Shown here: piece by piece, positions 26,659 to 38,073 of the stretch
Numbering within the stretch: position 1 is the stretch's first letter
Layout: each line of letters begins with the position of its first letter
NCBI GenBank assembly: GCA_013265495.1
Contig: MU058384.1
Span: forward strand, 2,889,010 to 2,953,009
Reading direction: 5' to 3'
DNA: 64,000 nucleotides
Origin: Vicugna vicugna
Taxonomy: Eukaryota
Notes under the pieces: model-generated
The model's database searches: none
Told to the model about the DNA's origin: nothing
The model's input: only the letters and a program-made list of their open reading frames with translations
Program-made: the position numbers and the translations under genes

Positions 26659-28069
26659 ACTCTCTCTTCTCTGAATGAATATATATCAGCAGCACAGAGA
26701 AGCAAGGCCCCTCTACTTACTATGTATATTTTTGCATGTCTATTATTCTCTTGATTATAGGAAGACTCACTATTCTCCCATATGAATGTTTAGGAGTTTT
26801 GAAATATTTATCTGTTCACTTTAGTTTTAAAATTCATGTGTAAATGAGTTTACCATATGTAAAAATATTAATCTTTTGTTGGTTTTATGTTACTGACAAA
26901 AACACTCTTATTTTTTGAACTGGTCCTATTCTTTTAAAGTCCTAAGACTTAAGCTTTAATAGATTTCTGGTTTTCATTAGAGAAGCTTTAAAAACCTAGA
27001 AGAAAATTTTACAATTGCTGTATTTTTAATATATGTTTGGAGGCTACCTGGGTTTTTCATACTTGAAATAAATCCGCTGAGTCTGTCCTGAGACAGGTTC
27101 AGTTCTCTAGAGAAGATAACCAGATAAGACATCATGCTTCATCTCAAAATGAAATGCAGCTGTTCTCCTGGAACAAGTGAGTTTCACGGCGTCTCACAGA
27201 AGTACCCTCCCCTGCCCACTCCAAATGCAACTTGTTGCCTTTCCACTCTGAAACAAATTCTTCAGAAAAAAAAAAAAAAAAGCCTTGATTCTTGAGGTTT
27301 TCCTGGTTGGTTCTTGGCTTCTTTGGTTGAACCAAATAGGCATTCTTTAATTGGTTCTCAATTATGTCAAACATCCAAACTTGAGCCAATGTGGGTAAAA
27401 AAATTTCGAGAGTAAAAACTGTTTCTTAATGAAAGAACTTAATTCATATATAGCTCCCTGGCTTTGAACTTCAGCAAAATTATGGTACTGCTTGGGTGGC
27501 TGAAAAATTCTTGGCCCTGGGCATTTTAACTGTAATTACTCAGAAAGTCACAGCCTGTCGTGTCGTATTTCCTAACTACAGTGGTTTGCTTTGTGATAAC
27601 TCACCTATCCATGCAGAGCTCTGGATGCTGCCATACCTTCAAAGTGCCTTTCTAGAGTGAAGTCACATGATGTGAATGGAAAATTCACCACGAGAAAATG
27701 TAAATAACCTCCTAAGCTGATGATCATTTACTTTAAGTCTTAAAGCTTCTGTTTGTCTGATGTTCTCTGAGCTAACACGTATTTAACTTTTTGTTTTGAA
27801 TTTAAATTTTTAAAGGGGCCGTTTCTGATGGAAATCATTTTGAGAAATGTTAGGAAAAATGGTAGAACTTTCAGCTGAGCCAAGAGATGGTTTTTTCCCT
27901 TCTTAAATTGGTCTCGTTGTGCTCATGTGTAAAGTGAAAGGTTGGAATGCACTGGTCCCTGAGAGTCATTCCATCTGTAACATTTTATCCTTCTATGGTT
28001 CTATCGAGAAAATTGTATATGAATTAATGTTCCAGTGGGTTACATTTACTACAGAGATCTGTGTACAGG

Positions 28070-28280
28070 ATCTGAATCAACGCTGCTGGGTTCAAGGCTC
28101 AGCTTGGCCACTTACTAGCTGAATGATCTTAGGAAGTTGCCTCATTTTTCTGCCTTTAGTTCTGCACTGGAAAACCGAAGATAATAATAAGACCGAGGGT
28201 TATTAAGAGGATTAAATAAACTAATATGTGTGATGTACTTAAAACTGTGACTGGCACATAGTAATGTTAGTTATTGTTCA
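28070..28280 (+). mobile_element. MIR SINE
   Basis: ctgggttcaag...ccacttactagctgaatgatcttagg...gaggattaaataa...ctggcacatagtaa. Confidence 0.65.
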
Positions 28281-28569
28281 TTGTTCATTTTCTTGACAGG
28301 ACAAATTGTTTTATTTCGAGATTTGCTTGGAACTAATCATACTAAAAGATACAAGTCATTTCATGGTTATTTTCCATATTTGGGTGAAAAGTATTACCTT
28401 TATTTTGCAAGGGAGTTCAAGAATTCCTTTATACATTTATCTTAAAAAACAAATATAGAATTATAAAACTATTGAATGTTAGTACTTGATGGGACTTTAG
28501 AAATCATCAAGTCATCAAGACTAGCAATTTTCTTCTTTTTTTTTTGACAATGTTTTAGTTCTTTTAATA

Positions 28570-29240
28570 AACATTTTTACCCAACTTTATTGAGGTACAA
28601 CTGTCAAAAAATTGTGTGTGTTTAAGGTATGCAGGATGATTGCTATATGTTTACATTGTGAAGTGAATACCACACCAAGCTAATTAACACATCCATCACC
28701 TCACATAGGCACCATTTTTTGTGTTTGATGACAACCCTTAAGGTCTACTCTCTCAGTGAATTGCAAGTAGCCAATATATTAAAACTACTTTTCAATAAGA
28801 TGTTTCTATTTTTGAATTCATTGTAGAAAATAGCACAGTCAACCAATTTTAGTTTATATACTTTTATTTTTAATTCACTTAAGATAATGCATTTTTATCA
28901 GGATTCATTATTTTACATAAATGACTTGATTTCTTGTCCACATCGTAATTTGCTTTTTTTAAAAAAATAAAATTGTATATATTCAAAGTGTACTATGTGA
29001 TGTTTTGGTATATAGATACAGAGTGAAAAGATTACTACCATGAAGCTAATTAGCATGTCCATTTCTTCACACACTTCCCTTTTTTCCTTTTTGTGATGGG
29101 AGGACCTGAAAGCTACTTTCTTAGCAAGTTTCCACTATACAATATAGTATTATTAACTATAGTCACCATGTTGTGCATTAGGTCCCCAGAACTTACTCAT
29201 CTGATAACTGAAAGTCTTTACCCATTGACCAATATCTCCT
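28570..29240 (-). mobile_element. Two L1MA-like 3' end fragments (~28570-28775 and ~28955-29240)
   Basis: aagctaattaacacatccatcacctcacatag; aatatagtattattaactatagtcaccatgttgtgcattaggtccccagaacttactcatc. Confidence 0.6.
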
Positions 29241-30669
29241 GCTACACAGGAATCCTAGACTCCCCTGGAGATGATTTGAATGTCATCCTCAAGGCCCTGC
29301 AGGATGGGTGAAGAAGGATAAGTCTCCGTGGTACTTCTGATTCTACCAGAATGGCTTTGCCTCCATCTACTTTGTATATTGCAATTCTTGATAAAAATTT
29401 ATCTTATTTTGCACATATCTTCATTTTACAGCTAGGGAAACTGAGCCTCAGTGAGGTGCACTGAGATGCCCAGGCGTACACAGCAGGTTAACAGCAGACC
29501 AGAAATAAACCCCAGGTTTCCAGGTGTCCAATAGACCACATTCTATACCATGCTGCCTTGGAAGCTTTCAAACAGATTAAAGTAAAAACAAACAAATTCA
29601 CAAACAACAACAACCAGAAAACCCCAGAGCATCTCTAGGAATACCAGCCCGTTTTTGCTAAATAGGGTTTCTTCCGTTTGATAAAAGCAGTAAAGACCAA
29701 ACCAAGGGAAATGGAATTTAGAAGTTAAGTAAGATACCAGAGATTGTGCCTTTAGATTGTTTTGTAAAAGCTTCAGCATCTTAATCAAATTCAACTTCCT
29801 TATCTACAGAAAAATGAATAATTGCTTTTGAAGGAAGCATCTCAAGGGCCAAATAATTTATGTGTCAGCCACCATGGGATTTAGGGGTGAAAAATTCCCT
29901 ACAGCTCTAAAAGCAAGCATTATAATTTGAGGTTTCCTGACAGTTTTTGAAAGAAAAAAAAAAACACTAACCCTTCTTTTCCGGGCCAAATGCCAAGTTA
30001 GGTAATTACCCTTTGCCCACTTTCTTTCCCCAAGCTGTTTTAATTAGATAAGAACACTGCCTTCATTTCCTTTCATAAACTGACTTGTGATGTTGCCACA
30101 TGCCTTTCAACAACTGTTAATGCCCTCGTTTGCCGAATGCTTTTCCTTTCAGGACGGAAATGCTTTTGCAGTAAGTTCTTGTCTCTCCTTAGGGTACAGA
30201 ATGCTTTCCAAGTGTTAGGGTGCAAACTTTCATGTTTCCCAACATGGGATTCCTCACCTCCATTTCTGCTCCAGAGACACAGAGAGGAATCTATAAGCTA
30301 TACCTTCCCTGCTGGTCCTGGTGTATTGACAGATGGTAAGGGGAAAGCTTTCATTAATTGCTTGAGAAACAGTTGTTAACTAGAGTGAAGTCTTGCAGCC
30401 AATACTCCACTCCACACCCTCTCCCCTCCTCCTTGAAACACTGTCCAAAGAAACAGTGGGTCCGTAGAGTCACAGAAGATGCTCAGTCCATTGACATCGA
30501 CATCTTACCAAGAACATGACTTTTGCACAGCATCAGAACAGTGGGGCCTTGTACTCAGAAAGAACCAGGTTCTAGTACCAACTGCCCTATCACAACAAGG
30601 TTATTTTAGACAAGTTACTGAATTTCACTGTCTCTTTCTCAGGCTTACATATTTTTTTTCACTTTAAAT

Positions 30670-30979
30670 AACTTTGAGCTCTCCCATATCAGCACATGTG
30701 ATCTACTTTATTATTTTTTTAATGGCTACACAGCATTCCATCATTTAACTGTTGATGGATATTCAGCTGTTTTCAGTCTTTTGCTCTGGGAGGCAATGCT
30801 GCAATGTGTGTGAGCCATTGTCCACATGGGGGTACATCTCTGTTAAGATACACTTTTATAAGTGGAATTGCTGGGTAAAAAGATCTTTGTATTTGAAAGT
30901 TAGATAGATAGTGCCAAATTGTTCTGCAGTGTGGTTGTTCCTTTGTATTCTTACTAGCAGTGCCCAGCAGTGCTGCTTC
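30670..30979 (-). mobile_element. Old L1M fragment (left part; host of the young L1)
   Basis: Degenerate ORF2 3' motifs ctgttgatggatatt...agtggaattgctgggt...tgccaaattgttct. Continues after 36083. Confidence 0.6.
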
Positions 30980-30996
30980 CTCATGGAGACCTTTTT
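30980..30996 (+). repeat. L1 target-site duplication, copy 1 (copy 2 at 36067-36083)
   Basis: CTCATGGAGACCTTTTT is identical on both sides. Copy 2 is followed by GA, giving the endonuclease-type site TTTT/GA. Confidence 0.9.
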
Positions 30997-31357
30997 TTTT
31001 TTTTTTAAATTGAACACTCTTTCCTTTATTATTTTTTTTCAGTTATATAAACAACTTTTAATGTATCTTTAAACAGTATCTTTCTTTTTTTTTAACATTT
31101 TTTATTGATTTATAATCATTTTACAATGTTGTGTCAAATCCCAGTGTTCAGCACAATTTTTCAGTCATTCATGGACATATACACACTCATTGTCACATTT
31201 TTTTCTCTGTGATTTATCATAACATTTTGTGTATATTTCCCTGTGCTATACAGTGTAATCTTGTTTATCTATTCTACAATTTTGAAATCCCAGTCTATCC
31301 CTTCCCACCCTCTACCCCCCTGGTAACCACAAGTCGGTATTCTCTGTCCATGAGTCT

Positions 31358-34300
31358 TTAGATTCTCATATGGTATTTTTCTTTCTCTTTCTGGCTTACT
31401 TCACTTAGAATGACATTCTCTAGGAGCATCCATGTTGCTGCAAATGGTGCTATGTTGTCGGTTTTTATGGCTGAGTAGTATTCCATTGTATAAATATACC
31501 ACCTCTTCTTTATCCAGTCATCTGTTGATGGACATTTAGACTGTTTCCATGTTTTGGCTATTGTAAATAGTGCTGCTATGAACATTGGAGTGCAGGTGTC
31601 ATCCTGAAGTAGATTTCCTTCTGGATACAAGCCCAGGAGTGGGATTCCTGGGTCATATGGTAAGTCTATTCCTAGTCTTTTGAGGAATCTCCACACTGTT
31701 TTCCATAGTGGCTGCACCAAACTGCATTCCCACCAGCAGTGTAGGAGGGTTCCCCTTTCTCCACAGCCTCTCCAGCATTTGTCATTTTTGGATTTTTGAA
31801 TGACGGCCATTCTGACTGGTGTGAGGTGATACCTCATTGTAGTTTTGATTTGCATTTCTCTGATAATTAGTGATATTGAGCATTTTTTCATGTGCTTTTT
31901 GATCATTTGTATGTCTTCCTTGGAGAGTTGCTTGTTTAGGTCTTCTGCCCATTTTTGGATTGGGTTGTTTATTTTTTTCTTATTGAGTCGTATGAGCTGC
32001 TTATATATTTTGGAGATCAAGCCTTTGTCGGTTTCACTTGCAAAAATTTTCTCCCATTCCGTAGGTTTTCTTCTTGTTTTATTTCTGGTTTCCTTTGCTC
32101 TGCAGAAGCTTGTAAGTTTCATTAGGTCCCATTTGTTTATTCTTGCTTTTATTTCTTCTAGGAGAAAATTTTTGAAATGTATGTCAGATAATGTTTTGCC
32201 TATGTTTTCCTCTAGGAGGTTTATTGTATCTTGTCTTATGTTTAAGTCTTTAATCCATTTTGAGTTGATTTTTGTATATGGTGTAAGGGTGTGTTCTAGC
32301 TTCATTGTTTTACATGCTGCTGTCCAGTTTTCCCAACACCATTTGCTGAAGAGACTGTCTTTATTCCATTGTATATTCTTGCCTCCTTTGTCGAAGATGA
32401 GTTGACCAAAAGTTTGTGGGTTCATTTCTGGGCTCTCTATTCTGTTCCATTGGTCTATATGTCTGTTTTGGTACCAATACCATGCTGTCTTGATGACTGT
32501 AGCTCTATAGTATTGTCTGAAGTCTGGGAGAGTTATTCCTCCAGCCTCTTTCTTTCTCTTCAGTAATGCTTTAGCAATTCTAGGTCTTTGATGGTTCCAT
32601 ATAAATTTTATTATGATTTGTTCTAGTTCTGTGAAATATGTCCTGGGTAATTGGATAGGGATTGCATTAAATCTGTAGATTGCCTTGGGCAGTGTGACCA
32701 TTTTAACAATATTGATTCTTCCAATCCAAGAGCATGGAATATCTTTCCATTTTTTAAAGTCTTCTTTAATTTCCTTCATCAATGGTTTATAGTTTTCTGT
32801 GTATAATTCTTTCACCTCCTTGGTTAGATTTATTCCCAGATATTTTATTACTTTGGGTGCTATTTTAAAGGGGATTGTTTCTTTACTTTCTTTTTCTGTT
32901 GATTTATCGTTAGTGTAAAGAAAGGCAACTGATTTTTGAACATTAATTTTGTAACCTGCTACCTTGCTGAATTCTTCAATCAGCTCTAGTAGCTTTTTTG
33001 TGGACCTTTTAGGGTTTTCTATATATAGTAACATGTCGTCAGCATATAATGACACTTTTACCTCTTCTTTTCCAATTTGGATCCCTTTTATTTCTTTCTC
33101 TTGCCTGATTGCTGTGGCTAGGACTTCCAGGACTATATTGAATAGGAGTGGTGATAGTGGGCATCCTTGTCTTGTCCCAGATTTTAGTGGGAAGCTTTTG
33201 AGTTTTTCACCGTTGAGAACTATGCTGGCTATAGGTTTGTCATATATAGCTTTTATTATGTTGAGATATGTTCCCTCTATACCCACTTTGGCGAGAGTTT
33301 TTATCATAAATGGGTGTTGAATTTTATCAAATGCTTTTTCTGCATCGATTGAGATGATCATGTGGTTTTTGTCCTTTCTCTTGTTGATGTGATGTATTAC
33401 ATTGATTGATTTGCGTATGTTGAACCAGCCTTGTGTCCCTGGGATGAACCCCACTTGGTCATGATGTATAATCTTTTTTATGTGTTGTTGGATTCTATTT
33501 GCTAAAATTTTGGTGAGGATTTTGGCGTCTATGTTCATCAGTGATATTGGCCTATAATTCTCTTTTTTTGTAGTGTCTTTGCCTGGTTTTGGTATCAGGG
33601 TGATGGTGGCTTCATAGAATGAGTTTGGGAGTATTCCCTCCTTTTCAATCGTCTGGAAGAGTTTGAGAAGGACTGGTATGAGTTCTTCTTTGTATGTTTG
33701 GTAGAATTCCCCGGTGAAGCCGTCCGGTCCTGGACTTTTATTTGTAGGGAGGTTTTTAATTGCTATTTCTATTTCCTTTCTAGTGATCGGATTGTTCAAG
33801 TGTTCAGTTTCTTCTTGATTCAGTTTTGGTGGACAGTATGTTTCCAGAAACTTGTCCATCTCCTCTAGGTTATCCAGTTTGGTTCCATATAGTTTTTCAT
33901 AATATTCTCGTATGATATTCTGTATTTCTATTTTGTTTGTTGTAATTTCTCCATTTTCCTTTCTTATTTTGCTAATTTGTGCTCTCTCTTTTTTCTTCTT
34001 TGTGAGTTTGGCCAGAGGTTTGTCGATTTTATTTACTTTTTCAAAAAACCAGCTTTTGGTTTGGTTGATTTTTTCTATGGTCTTGTTAATCTCTATTGTA
34101 TTTAATTCCTCTCTGATCTTTATTATTTCCTTCCTTCTGCTGCTTTTTGGGGCTTTTTGTTCTTCTTTTTCTAATTGATTCAGGTGGTGGGTTAACTTGT
34201 TTATTTGAGATTGTTCTTCTTTTTTGAGGAAGGCCTGTATCGCTATAAACTTCCCTCTTAGCACTGCCTTTGCTGTGTCCCATAGGTTTTGAGTGGTTGT

Positions 34301-35140
34301 GCTTTCATTATCATTTGTCTCAAGGTATTTTTTAATTTCAGCTTTGATTTCCTCATTGATCCATTGTTTTTTCAATAACATATTGTTTAATCTCCATGCT
34401 TTTCTTTTTTTCTCCTTTGTTTCTCTGTTGTTGATTTCCAGTTTCATGGCATTGTGGTCAGTAAAGATGCTTGAGATAATTTCTATCTTCTTAAATTTGT
34501 TGAGGTTTCTTTTGTGTCCAAGTACATGATCGATCCTGGAAAATGTTCCATGTGCACTTGAAAAGAATGTATATTCTATTTTTTGGGGGTGTAATGCTCT
34601 GAAAATATCCACCAAATCTAGTTTTTCTATTGTAGTATTTAATTTCTCTGTTGCCTTGTTTATTTTCTGTCTGGAAGATCTGTCTAGTGATGTTAATGCA
34701 GTGTTAAAATCTCCAACTATGATTGTATTCCCATCAATATCCCCCTTTATCTCTGTTAGTAATTCTTGTATGTACTTAGGTGCTCCTATATTGGGTGCAT
34801 ATATATTAACGAGTGTAATATCTTCATCTTGTATCACTCCTTTAATCATTATAAAATGTCCTTCTTTATCTTTCTTTATGGCCTTTGTTTTAAAGTCTAT
34901 TTTGTCTGAAATCAGTACTGCAACACCTGCTTTTTTGGCTTTTCCATTTGCATGGAATATCCTTTTCCATCCTTTCACTCTCAATCTATATGTGTCCTTC
35001 TCCCTAAAGTGGGTCTCTTGTATGCAGCATATTGAAGGTTCTTGCTTTATTATCCAGTCTGCCACTCTATGTCTTTTGACTGGAGCATTTAGTCCATTAA
35101 CATTTACAGTAATTAATGATAGATGTGTGTTTATTGCCAT
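31358..35140 (-). CDS. LINE-1 ORF2p (endonuclease, reverse transcriptase, CCHC), 1260 aa, uninterrupted
   Basis: Endonuclease motifs NVNGL, QETH, GDFN, SRIDH and TDHN; RT motifs QGCPLSP and YADD; C-terminal CWRGC...HCWWEC. Confidence 0.95.
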   Translation of the reverse strand: MAINTHLSLITVNVNGLNAPVKRHRVADWIIKQEPSICCIQETHFREKDTYRLRVKGWKRIFHANGKAKKAGVAVLISDKIDFKTKAIKKDKEGHFIMIKGVIQDEDITLVNIYAPNIGAPKYIQELLTEIKGDIDGNTIIVGDFNTALTSLDRSSRQKINKATEKLNTTIEKLDLVDIFRALHPQKIEYTFFSSAHGTFSRIDHVLGHKRNLNKFKKIEIISSIFTDHNAMKLEINNRETKEKKRKAWRLNNMLLKKQWINEEIKAEIKKYLETNDNESTTTQNLWDTAKAVLRGKFIAIQAFLKKEEQSQINKLTHHLNQLEKEEQKAPKSSRRKEIIKIREELNTIEINKTIEKINQTKSWFFEKVNKIDKPLAKLTKKKKERAQISKIRKENGEITTNKIEIQNIIREYYEKLYGTKLDNLEEMDKFLETYCPPKLNQEETEHLNNPITRKEIEIAIKNLPTNKSPGPDGFTGEFYQTYKEELIPVLLKLFQTIEKEGILPNSFYEATITLIPKPGKDTTKKENYRPISLMNIDAKILTKILANRIQQHIKKIIHHDQVGFIPGTQGWFNIRKSINVIHHINKRKDKNHMIISIDAEKAFDKIQHPFMIKTLAKVGIEGTYLNIIKAIYDKPIASIVLNGEKLKSFPLKSGTRQGCPLSPLLFNIVLEVLATAIRQEKEIKGIQIGKEEVKVSLYADDMLLYIENPKRSTKKLLELIEEFSKVAGYKINVQKSVAFLYTNDKSTEKESKETIPFKIAPKVIKYLGINLTKEVKELYTENYKPLMKEIKEDFKKWKDIPCSWIGRINIVKMVTLPKAIYRFNAIPIQLPRTYFTELEQIIIKFIWNHQRPRIAKALLKRKKEAGGITLPDFRQYYRATVIKTAWYWYQNRHIDQWNRIESPEMNPQTFGQLIFDKGGKNIQWNKDSLFSKWCWENWTAACKTMKLEHTLTPYTKINSKWIKDLNIRQDTINLLEENIGKTLSDIHFKNFLLEEIKARINKWDLMKLTSFCRAKETRNKTRRKPTEWEKIFASETDKGLISKIYKQLIRLNKKKINNPIQKWAEDLNKQLSKEDIQMIKKHMKKCSISLIIREMQIKTTMRYHLTPVRMAVIQKSKNDKCWRGCGERGTLLHCWWECSLVQPLWKTVWRFLKRLGIDLPYDPGIPLLGLYPEGNLLQDDTCTPMFIAALFTIAKTWKQSKCPSTDDWIKKRWYIYTMEYYSAIKTDNIAPFAATWMLLENVILSEVSQKEKEKYHMRI

Positions 35141-35537
35141 TTTGAACTTATCTTTGCAGTTGAATTGGTATATCCTCTTTGTTCCTTTCTTCTTCCTTTT
35201 GTGGTTTGGTAATTTTCCTTTGTATTATCATGGATTTTATTTAATTTTTGTGACTCCCTTGTAAATTTTTGACTTGTGGTTACCCTTTTTTGTAAATCTA
35301 TTAACCTATACCCGTTTTTAATAAACTGATAATAACATGATCTCAAACCCATCCTACTGTTAAAAAAATTTAAAAAAGAAAGAAAAAAAATTCTATATTT
35401 CCCTGCCTCCCTCTCCCACTCTCAGTGATTTGTATGTCTTCTTTTATAATTTCGTGTTTTCTTTATTTGTAATTCATGAGTTATCACCTTTCCAGTTGTA
35501 CGTTTCTCATTTCTGTAGCATCCTGCTGCTTTTCTAT

Positions 35538-36066
35538 TTAGAATAGCCCTTTCAATATTTCTTTTAGCATGGGTTTAGTGTTGCTAAACTCCTGCAGCTT
35601 TTTTTTGTCTGTGAAACTCTTTATTTCTCCTTCTATCCTAAAGGATAGCCTTGCTGGATAAAGTATCCTAGGCTGCATCTTTTTTTCATTCAGGGCTTTG
35701 AATATATCTTGCCACTCCCTTCTGGCCTGTAGTGTTTGTGTAGAGAAATCAGCTGAGAGCCTTATGGGGGTTCCCTTGTAGTTCACTCTTTGCTTTTCTC
35801 TTGCTGCCTTTAGAATCATTTCTTTATCCTTGACTCTGGCCATCTTGATTATGATATGTCTTGGTGTGGGTCTATTTGGGTTCTTCCTGTTTGGGACCCT
35901 CTGAGCTTCCTGTACTTGGATATCTGATTCCTTCTTTAAGTTTGGGAAGTTTTCAGTCATGATTTCTTCAAAAACCTTTTCAATCCCCTTTGATCCTTCT
36001 TCCCCTTCTGGGACCCCTATTATGCGAAGATTGGGACGCTTTATATTATCCCATAGGTCCCTTATG
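35538..36066 (-). pseudogene. LINE-1 ORF1p C-terminal fragment (RRM and CTD; coiled coil and 5' UTR promoter lost)
   Basis: IRDLWDNIKRPNLRIIGVPE...ARREW...ILYPARLSF...ILKGLF*, truncated at the TSD. Confidence 0.9.
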
Positions 36067-36083
36067 CTCATGGAGACCTTTTT

Positions 36084-37000
36084 GAAACTGTTGGGTGAAA
36101 ACAACATCTCATAGCAGCTTAATGTGCAGTGCTCTTGTCACGACTAAGGGTAAGCATTCTTTCATATTTTAAAGAACCATTTTTATTTTCCTTCTGTAAT
36201 GCTCAAATCTGATGTGTTGGCTTTCTTCTTATTAAAGTATCAGAACTATTTATATGCGTAGAAATTAGTCCTTTGTCTGTTGTATGGATTACAACTATAC
36301 ACACACACACACACACACACACATACATTTGTCTATTACCTTTGTTTAGTTTTCCAAGCCAGAATTTCCAAAAATTGCTGTATTCTTGGGTTTTTATTAT
36401 ATTTAGAAAAGTCTTTCTCTCTCTAAGATTAAAAAATTAAAATCTCCCAATTTTTTTCTGAATATTTTACAACTGCATTTTTCACATTTAAATATTTGAT
36501 CCACCTGAAATGTATTTTATTTTAAGCTATGAAGTGGGGCTCTAATTTTGCTTTATTTTTCTAGATGGACACCTGGTTTTTCCAAAGCCATTTATTGAAT
36601 AATACATCAGTCTCCAACTGAATTTATCATAGCCTAAATTTCTGTGCATATTTTGATATATTATTGGACTTAATACACTGTTCTACTGATTTTTATCTTT
36701 TCTTATGCAAAGAAAATGTTGTTTTAATAATTAGAATATTATACTTTAATATCTGATGCAATTACTAGTTTCTGATTTTTTCAAGAATTTTCTTGGCTAA
36801 TCTTGCTTGTTTTCTTTTTCATAGGAGGACTTCACTTGTCTAGTCCCTACCCTTCCAACAAAACTGATTAGTTTTTTTGAGGGGGGGGAGTGCATTGAAT
36901 TTATAATTTTTTTAGGAAGACAATATATTTATGATGTTGAATTTTTTTATTGAAGAATATGACATGTCTTCCCATTTAACTATTTTTGTGTCCCTCAGTA
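36084..37000 (-). mobile_element. Old L1M fragment (right part), with (CA)n at ~36298-36322
   Basis: Degenerate ORF2-region motifs tttgatccacctgaaatgtattt, ccatttattgaata and gaatatgacatgtcttcccattt. Confidence 0.55.
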
Positions 37001-37387
37001 GGAGTTTATACATAAAGATGTTGTAAAGAGAAGATAATGTGAAGAGGGGTAATCATGGTACTTCCTCAAAAGTTATCATAAGTATTAAATGAAGACAGTA
37101 TGCAGTACCTGGCCCTGGACATGCTACAAAAATGTAATGTATGACAAATGGATACTTTATTGCCATATCCTGGAGTACATGTGACTAATCTAGTAAGATA
37201 AATCAGTCTCTCAATAATCTGAAATTTCCGTGATTATGATTCATACTTGGCTCTACCCTGAAATAGAAATGACTTCCCTGTCTTTGCCACTCTTCCCTCT
37301 GTCTTGCTCACCTCTGTGGCAGGTTTCACACGGTAACTAGAAGTCCCCACTGGGGCATCTGTGGCATCCTTGTTGGATATGAGTTAA

Positions 37388-38073
37388 TGATACAGGTTAT
37401 GGCTGCCCTGCTTCTCCAAGGATATAAAATAGGAGAGAAGCAGACAAGGCACAGTACTTAAAATAATGGCACAGCAGCTAACACCAAGATAGATGAAGAT
37501 TCAACCCCCGGTAGACCTTGAGGCTCAAGATGATGGGAGATTTGACTTCCAGTAGACCTTGAACTTCATTATGTGCTCACTGTAATATATTAGCATGATA
37601 AATGGCATTCCCACAGGTGCCATGACAGTTCAGAGTCTGACTATAAATGGCCAAAAAGTGGGTGGTGGCCCAATTCCTGGGAATCCCAGCCCCTTCTCCA
37701 GAGTAGTTGGAATAATCCTCCCACTTGTTAACACATGAAGTTACCGAGCCCATAGAAACTAACGACTTCGCACTTCATGGTCACCCTCTCGGCACTCTCT
37801 CTCTTGCCTTCTGAGAGGGCCTGCACTGTATCTATGAAGTGGGTATTTACTTTTACTTTAAACTAAACACCCCCCCACAACTCGTGGCCTCTCTGGCCTT
37901 CTTGCACTCTGTCTGTGGAGCGTATATCTCTCTAAATAAATCTACCTTCAGTCTACTATGGCTCGCTCTTGAATTCTTTCCTGTGCGAAGCCAAGGACAC
38001 TCACTTGATGGGGAGTGTCCCAGGGACTCACCTGGGACGTGACCATTCTCTTGCGCCCCATTTTTCTGTATCA
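37388..38073 (+). mobile_element. Solo LTR, ERV1 class, MER41-like
   Basis: Inverted termini TGATACAG...CTGTATCA and AATAAA at 37935-37940. Blocks attagcatg...cccac..gccatgacagtt, gaataatcc and gaattctttcctgtgcga..ccaag resemble MER41 as recalled. Confidence 0.75.

Larger units (their letters stand above)
30997..36066 (-). mobile_element. Young 5'-truncated LINE-1 (~5.07 kb) with poly(A) tail
   Basis: ORF1 C-terminal part, ~400-bp spacer, open ORF2, 3' UTR, AATAAA, A-tail and perfect TSD. Confidence 0.97.

Noticed and set aside
31845..35264. Hydrophobic plus-strand ORFs within the L1
   Set aside because: Typical antisense frames of A-rich L1 ORF2.
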